A stretch of DNA of 64,000 bases, taken from Octopus sinensis. Lineage: Eukaryota. Below, one piece after another: positions 37,267 to 51,254 of this stretch (position 1 is its first letter; each line of letters begins with the position of its first letter). The stretch spans positions 1,054,001 through 1,118,000 of the forward strand of contig NC_043022.1 in the NCBI RefSeq assembly GCF_006345805.1. Direction: 5' to 3'. Made by a program: the position numbers and the translations under genes. The notes beneath the pieces were generated by a model. The model saw only the letters and a list, made by a program, of their open reading frames with translations, was not told the origin of the DNA and did no database searches.

Positions 37267-38094
37267 TCTATCTATTTGTCTGTCTGTCTATCCATCTACG
37301 TATCTATCTACCTATCTGTATGCTAGTCTGCCTTTCTACCGATCTATCTATGCACATACACACACACACGTGTGTGTGTGTATGTGTATTGCGAGGATGT
37401 TCCGGTTCCTGACTGAGGATAAAAGGCTTCGAATGACCTGTCCCTGTATCTTTGTATCGTCCATCTGGATGTTTTGTTGTCCGGATGTTTTGCGTTCTTG
37501 TCCCATTTTGTATTTTATCATATATACATATATATATACACACACACATACAAGAGTTAAGGAATGGAGCAGATAAAATCCGGGCTACATGTTTCATAGC
37601 TAACTTTCTTCCTACTCCTCGATCCTGGGATTTTATATATATATATCCGGGTGTCGGTATGTTCATCCTTTCTCTCTTTTAAAGTCTTTAACTCTTTCAT
37701 GTCCTCCCTTTCTCTCTCACTGTCTGTCTGCGAGCGTACGTCTGTGAACATTTAGTATGTCTGTCCGTCCATATTGTCCCCATCTGTGTAAACCCTTATG
37801 GGTAATAAAGAAATTTGTCCGTCCGTAGATGGGTTTCAATGTATGTGTGCGTCTGTATGTCTCTCCTCGTCTGTGTAAGTGTGTGTGTGCTCAACGTCAC
37901 TCTATTAATAAGCGTGGCTATGTTCTCTGTCACTGTCTCTCTTTCTTTTCACTCTTCCTTCTTTGTTTGTCCATCACAAACTTATCTTACTTTGCGAATA
38001 TTATAGATATCCAGTTCCCCTGACGATGAATTCGGCCGAAACGTTATATATTTTTTCGGACTCGCACCTCTGCATTAAACTTTTATCGATATAA

Positions 38095-39272
38095 GCGCAG
38101 GAGTGGGTATGCAGTAAAAAGCTTGCTTCACAACCGCATGGTTCCGGGTTCAGTCCCACTGCATGGCACATTGGGCAAATGTCTTGTACTATAGACTCGG
38201 GCCAACCAAAGCCTTGTGAGTGGATTTGGTAGACGGAAACTGAACGAAGCCCGTTGTATATATATGTATGTATTTGTGTCTGTGTTTGTCCCCCCCCACT
38301 ATCACTTCGCAACCAATGTTAGTGTGTTTACGTCCCCGTAACCTAGCGGTTCGGCAAAAGACCAATCAAATAAGGGATCTTTTCCTTTTGAACGGCAGAT
38401 GTCCACACAATTTCTAGTTAACTAAACACTTTTAAACTTCGTATACTGGTAGAATGTGTTTATAAAACATCATTTTTTCTTGGTTTTATTGAGAAAATTC
38501 TGTTATAACATATTCCCACTTTAAAATCGAGCATTTCGGCAATTTTAACCAATCGCTCACCTCCATTTGGGGTGAAAAGATTCCGTGCTGTATGAATATA
38601 CCCCTCGTTTAAGAAACAGATTGGGTTTATTTACATTTGTGAAGAAAAAAAGATACCCTTCCCCCACCCCTAACCCTAACCCTAATCCTAAAACAGATTG
38701 AAATGCAATAGATCGATACCAGGGCCATAATTATGGGTGACATTTTCATTTGACACCGTTAGAAAAAAATCCCATTTTCCGTAGCGGTGTCGTTTGAAAT
38801 TGTCACCCATAATTATGGCCCTGGTATCGATCTATTGCATTTCAATCTGTTTTAGATTTAGGGTTAGGGGTGGGGGAAGGGTATCTTTTTTTCTTCACAA
38901 ATGTAAATAAACCCAATCTGTTTCTTAAACGAGGGACATATTCATACGGCACGGAATCTTTTCACCCCAAATGGAGGTGAGCGATTGGTTAAAATTGCCG
39001 AAATGCTCGATTTTAAAGTGGGAATATGTTACAACGTATAGAATTTTCTCAATAAAACCAAGAAAAAATGATGTTTTATAAACACATTCTACCCGTATAC
39101 GAAGTTTAAAAGTGTTTAGTTAACTAGAAATTGTGTTGAAATCTGGCCTTCAAACGGAAAAGATCCCAAATAAGTACTATGCTTACAAATAATAATTCCT
39201 GGAATCGATCTGTTCGACTAAAGGCGGTGCTCCAGTATGGCCGCTGTCAAATGACAGAAGCAAGTAAAAGAG
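38095..39272 (+). mobile_element. SINE family A, interrupted by the palindromic MITE
   Basis: SINE sequence resumes at 39175 after the TSD. Confidence 0.85.
38375..39166. mobile_element. Palindromic dimer of the Merlin-like MITE, 8-bp TSD caaataag
   Basis: Arms 38375-38762 and 38782-39166; TSD at 38367-38374 and 39167-39174. Confidence 0.9.
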
Positions 39273-39884
39273 TATCTATAGCTCCCCCCCCTCTTCCATT
39301 CTTACTTAGTGTGTGTGTGTGTGCGTGCGCGTGTGTGTGTGTGCGTGCGCGTGCGTATGTGTGTGTATGTAGGGGCAGGAGTGACGCACGTGCGTGTACA
39401 CGCTTAGCGTTTTTCCCATGTTTTTATGATCTGAGTTCAAATTCCGCCGAGGTCGACTTTTGTCTTTCATCAATTTCGAGTTCGATAAAAGAAGTGTGAT
39501 TCAAAACTTGAAACCAATATGTTTCTTTAAATATGCGGGACATCTTTTTAATCTCTGAATTGCTAAGCACAATTTCTACTTTTAAAAAAAATTGAACGAA
39601 CGAATGCAGACGACCCCGAAGAGAGGAAGTTGAATAGGAGAGAGAAAGAGAGAGAGAGAGGGGGGAATTGTAGAAGTGAGACAGGGGCAGACAAGACAGG
39701 GAAGTCGACAAATAGAAACTTGAGATACAGATATCGCTACCGAAAGAAGCACACGAAGACGAATAGTTTACAGACTTTGATAGAAAAACGCACAGAGAAG
39801 TAACAGTGTTAGTTTTATTTCCTCTCTTTCTTACTGAGTAACGTAGCGGAAGGAGACAAAGGCAGACGATACGTGAGCACAGCA

Positions 39885-40300
39885 AGGTGAGGAGCTGGCA
39901 GAATCGTTAGCACGCCGGGCAAAATGCTAAGCGGCATTTCGTCTGTCTCTGCGTTCTGCGTTCAAATTCCGCCGAGTCGGTAAAATAAATGCCTATTTCT
40001 TTATTACCCACAAGAGGCTAAACATAGAGGGGACAAACATGGACAGACATAGGTATTAAGTCGATTATATCGACCCCAGTGCGTAACTGGTACTTAATTT
40101 ATCGACCCCGAAAGGATGAAAGGCAAAGTCGACCTCGGCGGTATTTGAACTCACAACGTAACGGCAGCCGAAATACCGCTAAGCATTTAGCAGACGCGCT
40201 AACGATTCTGCCAGCTCGCCGCCTTTAAAATAAATACCAGTTGAGCGCTGGAGTCGATGTATCATCGCCTTACCCCTTTTCCCGAACTTTTCTCGCTCAG
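39885..40300. mobile_element. SINE B (- strand, 39991-40225) nested in SINE B (+ strand)
   Basis: TSD taaaataaat at 39981-39990 and 40226-40235. Confidence 0.85.
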
Positions 40301-40656
40301 TGCAACATAACCTGAGATGTGGTGACGAAGCGTCATGTCTCAAGGTCCTTCATTGGTTCTCGGGGACTGCAGATCGTCTCCAAAGTGAAGTCCCACCTCA
40401 TAAGGGCTCCACTTATGACCAGGATCAAATCCAGGCCCTTGCACGTCTATGTTAGGTTTTGGTCCGATTTTTTTTTTGCAGGCGACACCAGTGGGGTAAT
40501 AATATCGTTAAAGGCGCGAAATTGCCGATAACTGATATGGAGTTGGTGATCTGTATTTATTGATTGTTTTGTGTATTCATTATAAGTTTTTTACCATGTA
40601 TATATAATATATATGTATATATATATATATATATATCTATATATATATATATATAT

Positions 40657-40727
<71 letters not shown>

Positions 40728-40730
<3 letters not shown>

Positions 40731-41826
40731 TGATGGAGTGTTTCTGCACAGTAGAAGTGACGGGAAACTGTTCAATCTCTCGCGCCTGCGTACCAAAACC
40801 AAAATCAGAAACGTCCTGATCAAGGAGATGCTATTTGCTGATGATGCCGCTCTGGTATCACACACAGAAGAAGCCCTCCAAAGGCTCATTAACTGTTTTG
40901 AGCAAGTATGTAACGACTTTGGCTTAGCTATCAGCCTTAAGAAGACCAACATCATGGGTCAGGCTACATCGGACATCCCAAACATACATATTGGAGACCA
41001 CAGATTACAGGAGGTGGAGAAGTTTACCTATCTGGGCTCTACCGTCACCTTCAACCTATCCCTCGACGCTGAGCTCAATATACGCATTGGCAAGGCAGCT
41101 GCTGTGATGGCCCAACTCTCCAAACGGGCTTGGAACAACAATAAGCTGACCAAGACCACGAAAATGCAGATCTACCAAGCATGTGTACTTAGCACTCTAC
41201 TGTATGGAAGTGAGACTTGGACGCTATACACACGCCAAGAGCGTCGCCTAAATATCTTTCACCTGCATGCCTCCGGAAAATCCTCCGCATCAAATGGCAG
41301 AACCATATCCCCAACAAAGATGTCCTCAGGCAAGCAGGAATACCAAGCATGTTTGCACTCCTCACACAAAGACGTATGAGATGGCTTGGGCATGTTAGCC
41401 GTATGAAAGATGGCAGAATCCCCAAGGACATACTCTACGGAGAGCTTGCTAGGGGGTACTAGGTCTGTGGGTAGACCGCTCTTACGTTACAAGGATGTTT
41501 GCAAAAGGGACATGAAGGCCTGCAACATCAATATTAGCGGTTGGGAGGCAGTTGCCGGCAACCGTGAAGACTGGCGACGTACCGTAAGAGAGGGAATACA
41601 AAAGAGTGACACAGAGAGAGAGGAGAAATGGAAAGACAGGAAAAGACGTCAACAAGAAACTACGGCATTACAACCAGCCAGGAACAGTCTTCGCTACATT
41701 TGCGGTACCTGCCAGAGGGAGTGTTTGTCCAGGATAGGACTACACAGCCACAGCAGGAAATGTATCAGGACATGAAATGTATCAGGACATGAAATGTAAT
41801 AGCCGGACTAGACTATGCCAACAACA

Positions 41827-41827
<1 letters not shown>
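40728..41827 (+). mobile_element. 5'-truncated RTE-clade LINE: RT C-terminal half, CCHH zinc finger, (CAA)n tail; two frameshifts
   Basis: SDGKLFNLSRLRTKTK..LFADDAAL..FTYLGS..RIGKA..LLYGSETW..RRMRWLGHVSRMKDGRIPKDILYGEL..GRPLLRYKDVCKRDMK..CGTCQRECLSRIGLHSHSRKC. Confidence 0.95.
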
Positions 41828-41889
<62 letters not shown>

Positions 41890-41916
41890 CAGAGAGAGAG
41901 AGAGAGAGAGAAATAG

Positions 41917-42110
41917 GCGCAGGAGTGACTGTGTAGCAAGAAGCCTGCCTCCCAACCACACAGTTCTAGCTTCAGTCATACTGCATGGGACCTTGGGCAA
42001 GTGTCTTCCACTATAGCAACGGGCCGACCAGAGCCTTGTGAGTGGATTTGGTAGATAGAAACTGAAAAGAAGCCCGTTGTATATATGTGTGTGTGTGTGT
42101 GTTATTATAT
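41917..42110 (+). mobile_element. SINE family A, 5' half
   Basis: Family match. Confidence 0.85.
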
Positions 42111-42244
42111 TATATATACGTATATTATACATCCGGTTTCTACCTGATATCGACTGTCAGATACAATTACGCAAAGGAAACGGCTAGTTTTACTAATAAT
42201 ATATGTCAAAATTCGTAGAGTTTTATATGAAATTCGGTTTCAGA

Positions 42245-42420
42245 TATGATGTCGATTACATCGACCACATTGCCCAATTGGTACTTTATTTTATCGATCC
42301 CGAAAGGATGAAAAGCAAAGCCGACCTCGGCGGCATTTGCAACCAGAACGTAAAGACGAACGAAAGGCTGCTAAACATGTCGAACGGCGAGCTAGCGATT
42401 CTGCTGAACTCGCCGCGCTT
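42245..42420 (-). mobile_element. SINE family B, degenerate
   Basis: Family match. Confidence 0.75.
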
Positions 42421-43689
42421 GTTTACATAAATATTTAAGAAGGAGAATGGACCGAGTAATTCGTTTTGACGTGATTTACACAAACCTCTTGAAGCGATTC
42501 TCTTGCAGCAGTAATTGTATAACAATACGGAGGAAAGGCTTTGTTTCAATGTTATATAATAAATAATGTAACAATACTCTTCAGTTGAAATAACTTTGAA
42601 GCAATGGTAGGATTATGTAATAAAACAAATTCATCACGCTATTTCCCTTGTTAATGTATTATATAAAATCCGTTCCGTCTGTCTGCGTGTGTGTCTTCTA
42701 GGATCTCGGGCACCCTCCATCCGTTGCGCTCAAATTTGATATGTAGATACCGACGGTATCAGGGCGTGTATAAGTCTTGAAAAAATTGCAAAAATCGATT
42801 CCAGGTGAGAATGCGATCGATAAAGCCGTTTTTGTCCTGCTTTTCTTCCGTCAACCTGTACATAACTGCACCTTCTATTTTTGTTGTTTTTGTACTGCTT
42901 AAAGGCACGTTTCTTTCCTGCCAAGCTTACTATTTAAACCATGTTTGTGTTCTCCCAGTCAACAGCCTTATCATTACTGGTACTTTAAACTCTTCGGTTG
43001 CGTATTTGTGCGAATAAAATCGTTTTCCTTTGGAATAGAAAAATATTTCTTCTTTCGCTGGTGTCTCAAATTTAAGATTAAATCAGTTTCTCAAAGGGGA
43101 GGCCTATGGGACAGTCGGACAAGTTGTTTCGAGAAAATTTGGTTTAAATGTTTGACAACTCAGCACCGTCCATTGGACGGGGGGCGTTTGGCTCGTGTAT
43201 ATATATATTTATATACTATTATAAATTTGAGTGACGTTTCTCTGTTCGTTAACTCCTAAACTGTTGGTGCAAGGACAACGAAACCCAAACCAGCAACTCT
43301 CTAATCCCAGGGAATTCCTGGGGGGGGGGCAGATTATTAAGGGTTGCCTAATTGGGGACCCACTGGCCCCGACCCTATTTTTACTGCATTTCAAACTAGA
43401 TATATGGCATTGGCGACTAAATCGGTACAATGACAATGAATTTCATACCATCAACTCCCAGGGAGTATCGTAAGAAGATTCAATTTCTACTGACCCCTCT
43501 GTTTTTACTGCCTTTACCTCGATCCTACACTTATTGATTGAACTCTGATCAGCATCAGTGTTTAGCATATTTCCATAAATAAGTTTGGGTATTCTAAATA
43601 CCTTCACGTACATTCACATCAAGGCAAACAGTTATAACAGGTACGCTTCGAGTGTGGTACTGTGGATACTTATATTTTGTAGTTTATGA

Positions 43690-44189
43690 AACTTATGTCC
43701 TTGGGTATAATACGCAGGGGATTTTTAGGGGGCTGTACCTCTGAAAAATCTAAACCTTGTGTATAATATGCATTCCTTCTCTAACTTGAGTCGTGCGTAA
43801 TTAAGCCAGCAGCGCCTTGTCGAACAAACAGTTCCGCGCATGAGTAATACAATAATGGTGATGTTCTTAACTGTTATATGGGAATGTAAATATGTTAGCA
43901 AACTGTTTATTACATGTTATTCTGTGGTCTGAATACTTTTCTTTTAATAAATGTTGCTTACTGCAAGTTATGGATGACTTCATTGCTTTCAGGCTTAGCT
44001 TAAGGTATTTTCGCGCCCGATATCACAAAATGCTCCTAAATAAACATTGCCGGACAGCAAATAGAGACTCGGACGTTGCTTAGAAAAAATATCTTTCATT
44101 TTTAACCTCGTTTTTAATACGCATGGGGATTTGGAACTTTAAATTTTTCGGGGAGGGAAATGCAGATTATACTCGAGGGATTTACGGTA
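43690..44189. mobile_element. Possible TA-flanked Tc1/pogo-type MITE
   Basis: Right end attatactcgagggatttacggta; degenerate left end gtccttgggtataatacgca. Confidence 0.35.
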
Positions 44190-44204
44190 CTATATAATAT
44201 ATAT

Positions 44205-44247
<43 letters not shown>

Positions 44248-44330
44248 GGTCCCGGGTTGATCCGGGGTTTACCACAGTAAGTAAGGTACTCAATACATAG
44301 CAGAGTTAAAATTAATTTATATATAGAAGG

Positions 44331-44381
44331 AGCTTCTACAGGACTAGTACTGTTTCATTCAAGAGAAATCTTCAGGAAGCT
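44331..44381 (-). ncRNA. Type I HHR in element 44240-44530
   Basis: agcttc CTGAAGA t ttc tctt gaa t GAAA cag tactagtc ctg TA gaagct. Confidence 0.75.
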
Positions 44382-44711
44382 ATTTAACAAGAATTGTATT
44401 AGCATTTATACATTTAGGCAGGTTTAAAGGAGTGGTTGGTGGGGGACTTTTTTGGGGGTAGGCATAGCGCAAAATATCATCATACTTGGGGGAGTGGTCA
44501 AGGAGTCAGTGGTAAGTTAGATGAAAGAATAGATAAATAAAAAAATAAAATAAAAAATAAAAAAAAAAATAAAAATAAAAAATAAAAAATAAAAAAATAA
44601 AAAATAAAAAATAAAAAAATAAAAAAAACATGTGTGCACATACATACATAGACACATATACATACACACACACATACGTACACATGTGTGCTCTACATAC
44701 CTACACTACCC

Positions 44712-44764
<53 letters not shown>

Positions 44765-44773
44765 ATATATATA

Positions 44774-44805
<32 letters not shown>

Positions 44806-45127
44806 GTCAAATACAGGCCCATTCCCTAATTTTAATTTATTATCTTCATTTATTACTTTTGTTATCTTTGATCGCTAGGGCTAAGGATCCTGGCGATGGC
44901 AGCATGTCCAATTGTCTGTCTACTAGAAGGCAAGTACTCGTTCCCGCACGCACACTCATTAGCACGTACATACACCCATTCGTACACTCATACACATACA
45001 CGTACGCACGCGTTATATTCATACATACAAACATCTACATACGTTCACGTATATACACATACGTTCTCGTACCTACATATTCAGGTCTACACTTTAGGAG
45101 GCTTAGTCTATATATATACACCAATAA

Positions 45128-45177
<50 letters not shown>

Positions 45178-45255
45178 CACATATACACATACACACGCAC
45201 ACACACATATATATACTCCTACATACAGATACATACCCATATATTATATACATAT

Positions 45256-45300
<45 letters not shown>

Positions 45301-45311
45301 TATATATACAT

Positions 45312-45349
<38 letters not shown>

Positions 45350-45578
45350 CATACACACACAACACATATATAATACACACACATACATACACATATATAT
45401 ACATACACAGACATATATACACCATATATATATATATATACATATATACACACATACATACACACACCTACATACATCTACACACAAACACATACATACG
45501 TAAACATACATACATACATCCATACATCCATACTTACATGCATTTATACGCATACATACACCCCCATCTATATATATA

Positions 45579-45663
<85 letters not shown>

Positions 45664-46023
45664 TATTAAATACGAAGGAATAAATATAAGTATTAACTAA
45701 AGTATGATATAATTAATGAAGTACATTACATAGCCGGTAATTTAGGTTATATCCTTCAAGTGTTATTACATGACGTGCAAATGGATACCATGAGTTTACC
45801 TATTAGGTTATTTTTGTATTATCTGAAATAGAATACCCGCATATCGATTAATCCCCCCAAAATTGAATACTAACTTTTATCAGATACTTTGTATATTTAT
45901 AGATAAATATATAAATATACGAAAAATAAGACCCTAAAGTACGATATGGAGATGCATATAACATTGTAGGGTTACACCTCATTGATTTGAAAATTTGTTT
46001 ACCCAAATTATATATATATATAT

Positions 46024-46054
<31 letters not shown>

Positions 46055-46057
46055 ATA

Positions 46058-46440
46058 CTCTTTTATTTGTTTCAGTCATTTGACTGTGGCCATGCTGGAG
46101 CCCACCTTTAGTCGAGCAAATCGACCCCAGGACTTATTCTTTGTAAGCCTAGTACTTATTCTATTGGTCTCTTTTGCCGAACTGATAAGTTACGGGTACG
46201 TAACACCCGCATCAGTTGTCAAGCAATGCTAGGGGGACAAACACAGACACACAAACATATACCAACACTACATATATATATATACATATATACGACGGGC
46301 TTCTTTCTTCACTTTCCGTCTACCAAATCCACTCACAAGTCTTTGGTCGGCCCGAGGCTATATAAGACACTTGCCCAAGTTGCCACGCAGTGGGACTGAC
46401 CCGGAACCATGTGGTTTCGTAAGCAAGCTACTTACCACAC
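46058..46440 (-). mobile_element. SINE family A, full length
   Basis: Family match. Confidence 0.9.
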
Positions 46441-46606
46441 ACAAACAGCCACTAATCGAGTAAGGGTATAAACCTCATTAATTGATCATAAATCAAAAGA
46501 AATACTGGTTAGTACCAATGTATAGAAAGATCAACTGTAGGTAACCATAGAAACCGGTGGTTCTTATATATATATATAATATAATATAATATATATATAT
46601 ATATAT

Positions 46607-46638
<32 letters not shown>

Positions 46639-46954
46639 TTAAAGAATAGGGGGGAAATGGAGAGGTAGTTAATAGAATTATTTATTAATTATGAACTAAT
46701 GACAACTAGCTAACAGCTGTTTCGTGTGCTATCTACTGCAGCAGATATTAGTAAGCCTATGTGAAGTAATTTGTACTTATAAGCATATAGAGGTACATAT
46801 AATACACTGATTCGTACGTACGTACACACACACATACATACATACGTACGTACGTTCATACATATTGGTAGGAAATTTTAGCACAAGACCAGGGATTTCA
46901 GGATAGGGGACCAGTTAGTTACGTTATTTTCTACTCTAAACAGAAAGACCAAAA

Positions 46955-47440
46955 TTTTGGGGGAGGGGGCCAGTCGATTAGATCGACCCAGTACGCAACC
47001 GGTACTTAATTTATCGATCCCGAAAGGATGAAAGTCAAAGTCGACCTCGGCGGAATTTGAACTCAGAATATAAAGACAGACGAAACACCTATTTCTTTAC
47101 TACCCACAAGGGGCTAAACACAGAGAGGACAAACAAGGACAGACAAACGGATGAAGTCGATTATATCGACCCCAGTGCGTAACTGGTACTTATTTAATCG
47201 ACCCCGAAAGGATGAAAGGCAAAGTCGACCTCGGCGGAATTTGAACTCACAACGCAGCGGCAGGCGAAATACCGCTAAGCATTTCGCCCAGCGTGCTAAC
47301 GTTTCTGCCAGCTCGCCACCTTGGGGACCAATCGATTACGTTGGCCCCAGTTTTCAACCAGTACTTATTTTATCGACCTCGGAAATGATGAACGGCAATG
47401 TTGAATTCGGGGCGTAAACACGGACGAAATGCTAAGCGTT
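46955..47440 (-). mobile_element. Three adjacent SINE B copies (full copy at 47087-47322)
   Basis: Family match. Confidence 0.85.
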
Positions 47441-47569
47441 TGGTCCGGTGTCACTTTGAAAGGGGCACTACTTTTGGGTCTGCTGTAGGCAATATGTGGT
47501 TTTCGTGGGATCCGGAGGCGGCAAACGAAAGGGCTACCCCGGACGGCACACTCTAGGTACACTAGTGCC

Positions 47570-48180
47570 CGTACGTACGTATGTACGTACGTACATACGG
47601 ACGTACATACGTACGTATGTATGTATGTTTGTATGTATGTATGTATGTATGTACGTACGTACGTACGTATGTATGTATGTATGTATGTACGTACGTATGT
47701 ATGTATATACGTATGTATATATGTACGTATGTATGTATGTATGTATGTATGTATGTATGTATGAATGTATGTATTTATGTATGAATGTATATATGTATGT
47801 ATGTATGCATGTATGTGTGTATGCATGTATGTATATGTATGTATGTATATATTTATGTATGTATATATTTATGTATGTATGTATGTACGCATGTATGTAC
47901 GTACGTACGTATGTATGTATGCATGTATGTATGTATGTATGCATGTATGTATGTATGTATGTATGTATGTATGTATGTATGAATGTATGTATGTATGTAT
48001 GTATTTATGTATGTATGTATGTATGTATGTATGAATGTATGTATGTATGTATGTACGTATGTACGTACGTATGTATGTATGTATGTATGTATGTATGTAT
48101 GTATGTATGTATGTATGTACGTACGTACGTATGTATATATGTATGTATGTATATATGCATGTATGTATGTATGTAATACG
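47570..48180. repeat. (GTAT)n tetranucleotide array, ~610 bp
   Basis: Direct; source of the MYVC/HTYI ORFs. Confidence 0.95.
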
Positions 48181-48689
48181 TAGGTACGTAGGTACGAATC
48201 CGTGTAGTATATATGTACCTCTATATGTTTATAAGTACAAATTACTTCATATAGCCTTACTAATATCTACTGAAGAAGATAGAACTCTGGCTTCAGATAA
48301 AATGGTGAAGATTTCTCCACATTTGGCGTTGATCTCGAAGCTGTTTTCCTCTCCATACAGGAATAGTTTTCTTCAAACAAACCATTTTGGCATGTGGAAT
48401 TTTTTCTTCTTTATTTCTATTTATTCATTATTTCCTGTTTATTTCTTTAACTTATTTTTCTTTTGCTTTTTTCTTCCTCTTCTTTTCTTATTTCAGTTTG
48501 TGTTTCTTTTTCTTTTTCTTTGATTTTATGTTTTTTTTTCACCGTTACCCAATTTACTAAAGAATCTTACAGACCATTCTTCCGCATATGTGTGTGTGTG
48601 TATGTGTGTAAGTATATAAATGTATGTATGCAGAAGTGTATGTGCGTATTAAGTACACACACATATATTGACAATATTAAAAATAAAGT

Positions 48690-48734
<45 letters not shown>

Positions 48735-49014
48735 TACATACTATGTATATACATGTATATATATGTACATACTTGCAAAACTATGGCTACGCACACACAC
48801 ACACACAGATATATGCACACGTATATATGTGTGTGTATGCCTATGTATATGTACACACACACACACACATACACACACACACACATACATACATACATAC
48901 ACATGCCGTGAACATGTATGTGTACGTACGAAAGAGATTTAAAGTAGAAGAAAGAGAAAGAGAGAGGAATGAAGAGAAGGAAAGAGGCAGAGAGAGAGAG
49001 AGAGAGAGAGAAAG

Positions 49015-49059
<45 letters not shown>

Positions 49060-49734
49060 GCGCACACATGTATTTGAAAGTCATTCATAAACTTATAGAA
49101 ACACACAACAACCGTCTCTAATTAGGGACACCCTTCACCTTTCCTCCCATGTCTTCACGTTTCCTTCCTCACTCGTATTTCCGAGCTATTCATCACTCTA
49201 CACAACCTCAACACAAACACACACATATCCGACTACGTGCCTATTCATACACACACACACACACACATATATATATGGATACGGCAGTCGTACCCGCACT
49301 CCTACCCGCTTATGCACTGGCCCACAGTTTATTCTTTTGTGTTATGTGTGTGTGGCAGTCGGCTGATTCTATTTTTAAGACGGGTGAAATATATATATAT
49401 ATATTATATACAATGTATATGCAAGCGTATAAGGGTTATACACATATACTTATATCTATATAGATAGATATAGATATATGTATATGCATACTCAAATACA
49501 CACACACACACACATATATATATACACTCATACAGGGCACACAAGATCCACCTCGTCTTTTATTCTTAGAGCAGTCAGACGGAAGTATATAAGAAGTTTC
49601 TAACGAGCCGGAATTTACGGGGCTATCGTTACCTCGGCTGCTCAAGAATTCCTGAACGATGACGTCAAATATTAGATACCATTTGTTTCACCCAAGTTTT
49701 GCCTTTCTTTTTTATCTTGACTTTTTTCTTTATA

Positions 49735-49849
49735 CCTATTATTATTATTAATAATAATAATCATCATCATCATCATCATCATCAATTATTATTATTATTA
49801 TTATTATTATCATTATTATTATTATTATTATTATTAATCATCATCATCA

Positions 49850-49890
<41 letters not shown>

Positions 49891-50079
49891 CATTATTATT
49901 ATTATTATTATTATTAATCATCATCATCAATTATTATTATATTATTATTATTATTATTATTATTATCATTATTATTATTATTATTATTATTAATCATCAT
50001 CATCAATTATTATTATTATTATTATATTATTATTATTATTATCATTATTATTATTATTATTATTAATAATCATCATCAA

Positions 50080-50114
<35 letters not shown>

Positions 50115-50294
50115 TATTATTATCATTATTATTATATTATTATTATTCTCATCATCATCAATTATTATTATTATTATCATTATATTATTATTATATTATT
50201 AATCATCATCATCAATTATTATTATTATTATTATTATTAATCATCATCATCATCATTAATTATTATCATCATCATTAATTATTATTATATTATT

Positions 50295-50354
<60 letters not shown>

Positions 50355-50373
50355 TATTATTATTATTATTATT

Positions 50374-50420
<47 letters not shown>

Positions 50421-50428
50421 ATTATTAT

Positions 50429-50459
<31 letters not shown>

Positions 50460-50460
50460 T
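49735..50460. repeat. (ATT)n/(CAT)n array with ~60-bp higher-order units
   Basis: Repeated aatcatcatcatcaattattatt.. blocks. Confidence 0.9.
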
Positions 50461-50762
50461 CTTTCAGTAACTTCTTTATCTTCCCCCTCTGTGTTGGGTG
50501 TTTTGTTCGTCGAGTTTGCTTATAACGCATAATGCGTTAAGATGACCCCTCCGACTTATCTGTCACTCGATCTCGCGACCCTTACGTTTAGGTTGTGTGT
50601 ATGTATGAATGTGTATGTATGTGATAGGCTTGTAGAGAGTATGTGTATGGAGGAGGTGAATGACTTCGTATCTGTGTGTGTGTGCATATATATATACATA
50701 TATGTATACACATATATACCTGAATGTATGTGTGTATATACATACATGTGTGCGTATATACA

Positions 50763-50813
<51 letters not shown>

Positions 50814-50820
50814 GAGAGAC

Positions 50821-50868
<48 letters not shown>

Positions 50869-51254
50869 TAATACGCTGAGGTATAAGTGTACGGTTGTAT
50901 ATAATGCATCACTGTGGAGTGAAAATTAATGTGTATGTATGTATGTGTGTATGTTATGTGTGTGTGTGTGTGTGGGTGTGTGTGGGTGGGTGTGTGTGTG
51001 TGTGTGTGTGTGTGTGTCTGCAAGACGCGTTATAATCGTTGATCTTTTCCATTCGTCTTTCACCCTGCGAAGACGAATAACACAAACGAAGTTCAGCCAA
51101 GTTAGATGTAACACAATCCTAAATTAACCGGCATAATACTGCGAAGACAAGAGAGAGAGAAAGTGTGTGTTTGAGACAATATGTCGGGTGGAAGGCGAGA
51201 AAGAGCAAGCCACTTTTGATTTCGAAATCAGTTACTTTCTGTTGAAATTATCAC

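Noticed and set aside
38015-38050. CTGACGA..GAAACGTT
   Set aside because: Intervening bases do not form stem II and stem I is unclear; probably a decayed copy.
40330-40460. GC-richer open minus frames (DVQGPGFDPGHKW..)
   Set aside because: No start or good splice sites; part resembles a decayed tRNA/SINE 3' half.
40564-40727. N-terminal extension of the 271-aa ORF
   Set aside because: It is (TA)n/(GA)n read-through; RT similarity starts at about 40728.
46705-46750. gaaacagctgtt palindrome on the minus strand (relative near 48265)
   Set aside because: Each copy has only half of the core; suggestive but not foldable.
44688-48523. Long YI/HT/MYVC-rich ORFs (also 611-1147, 13400-14598, 51167-51841, 55540-56067)
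   Set aside because: Translations of (TA)n, (CA)n and (GTAT)n microsatellites.
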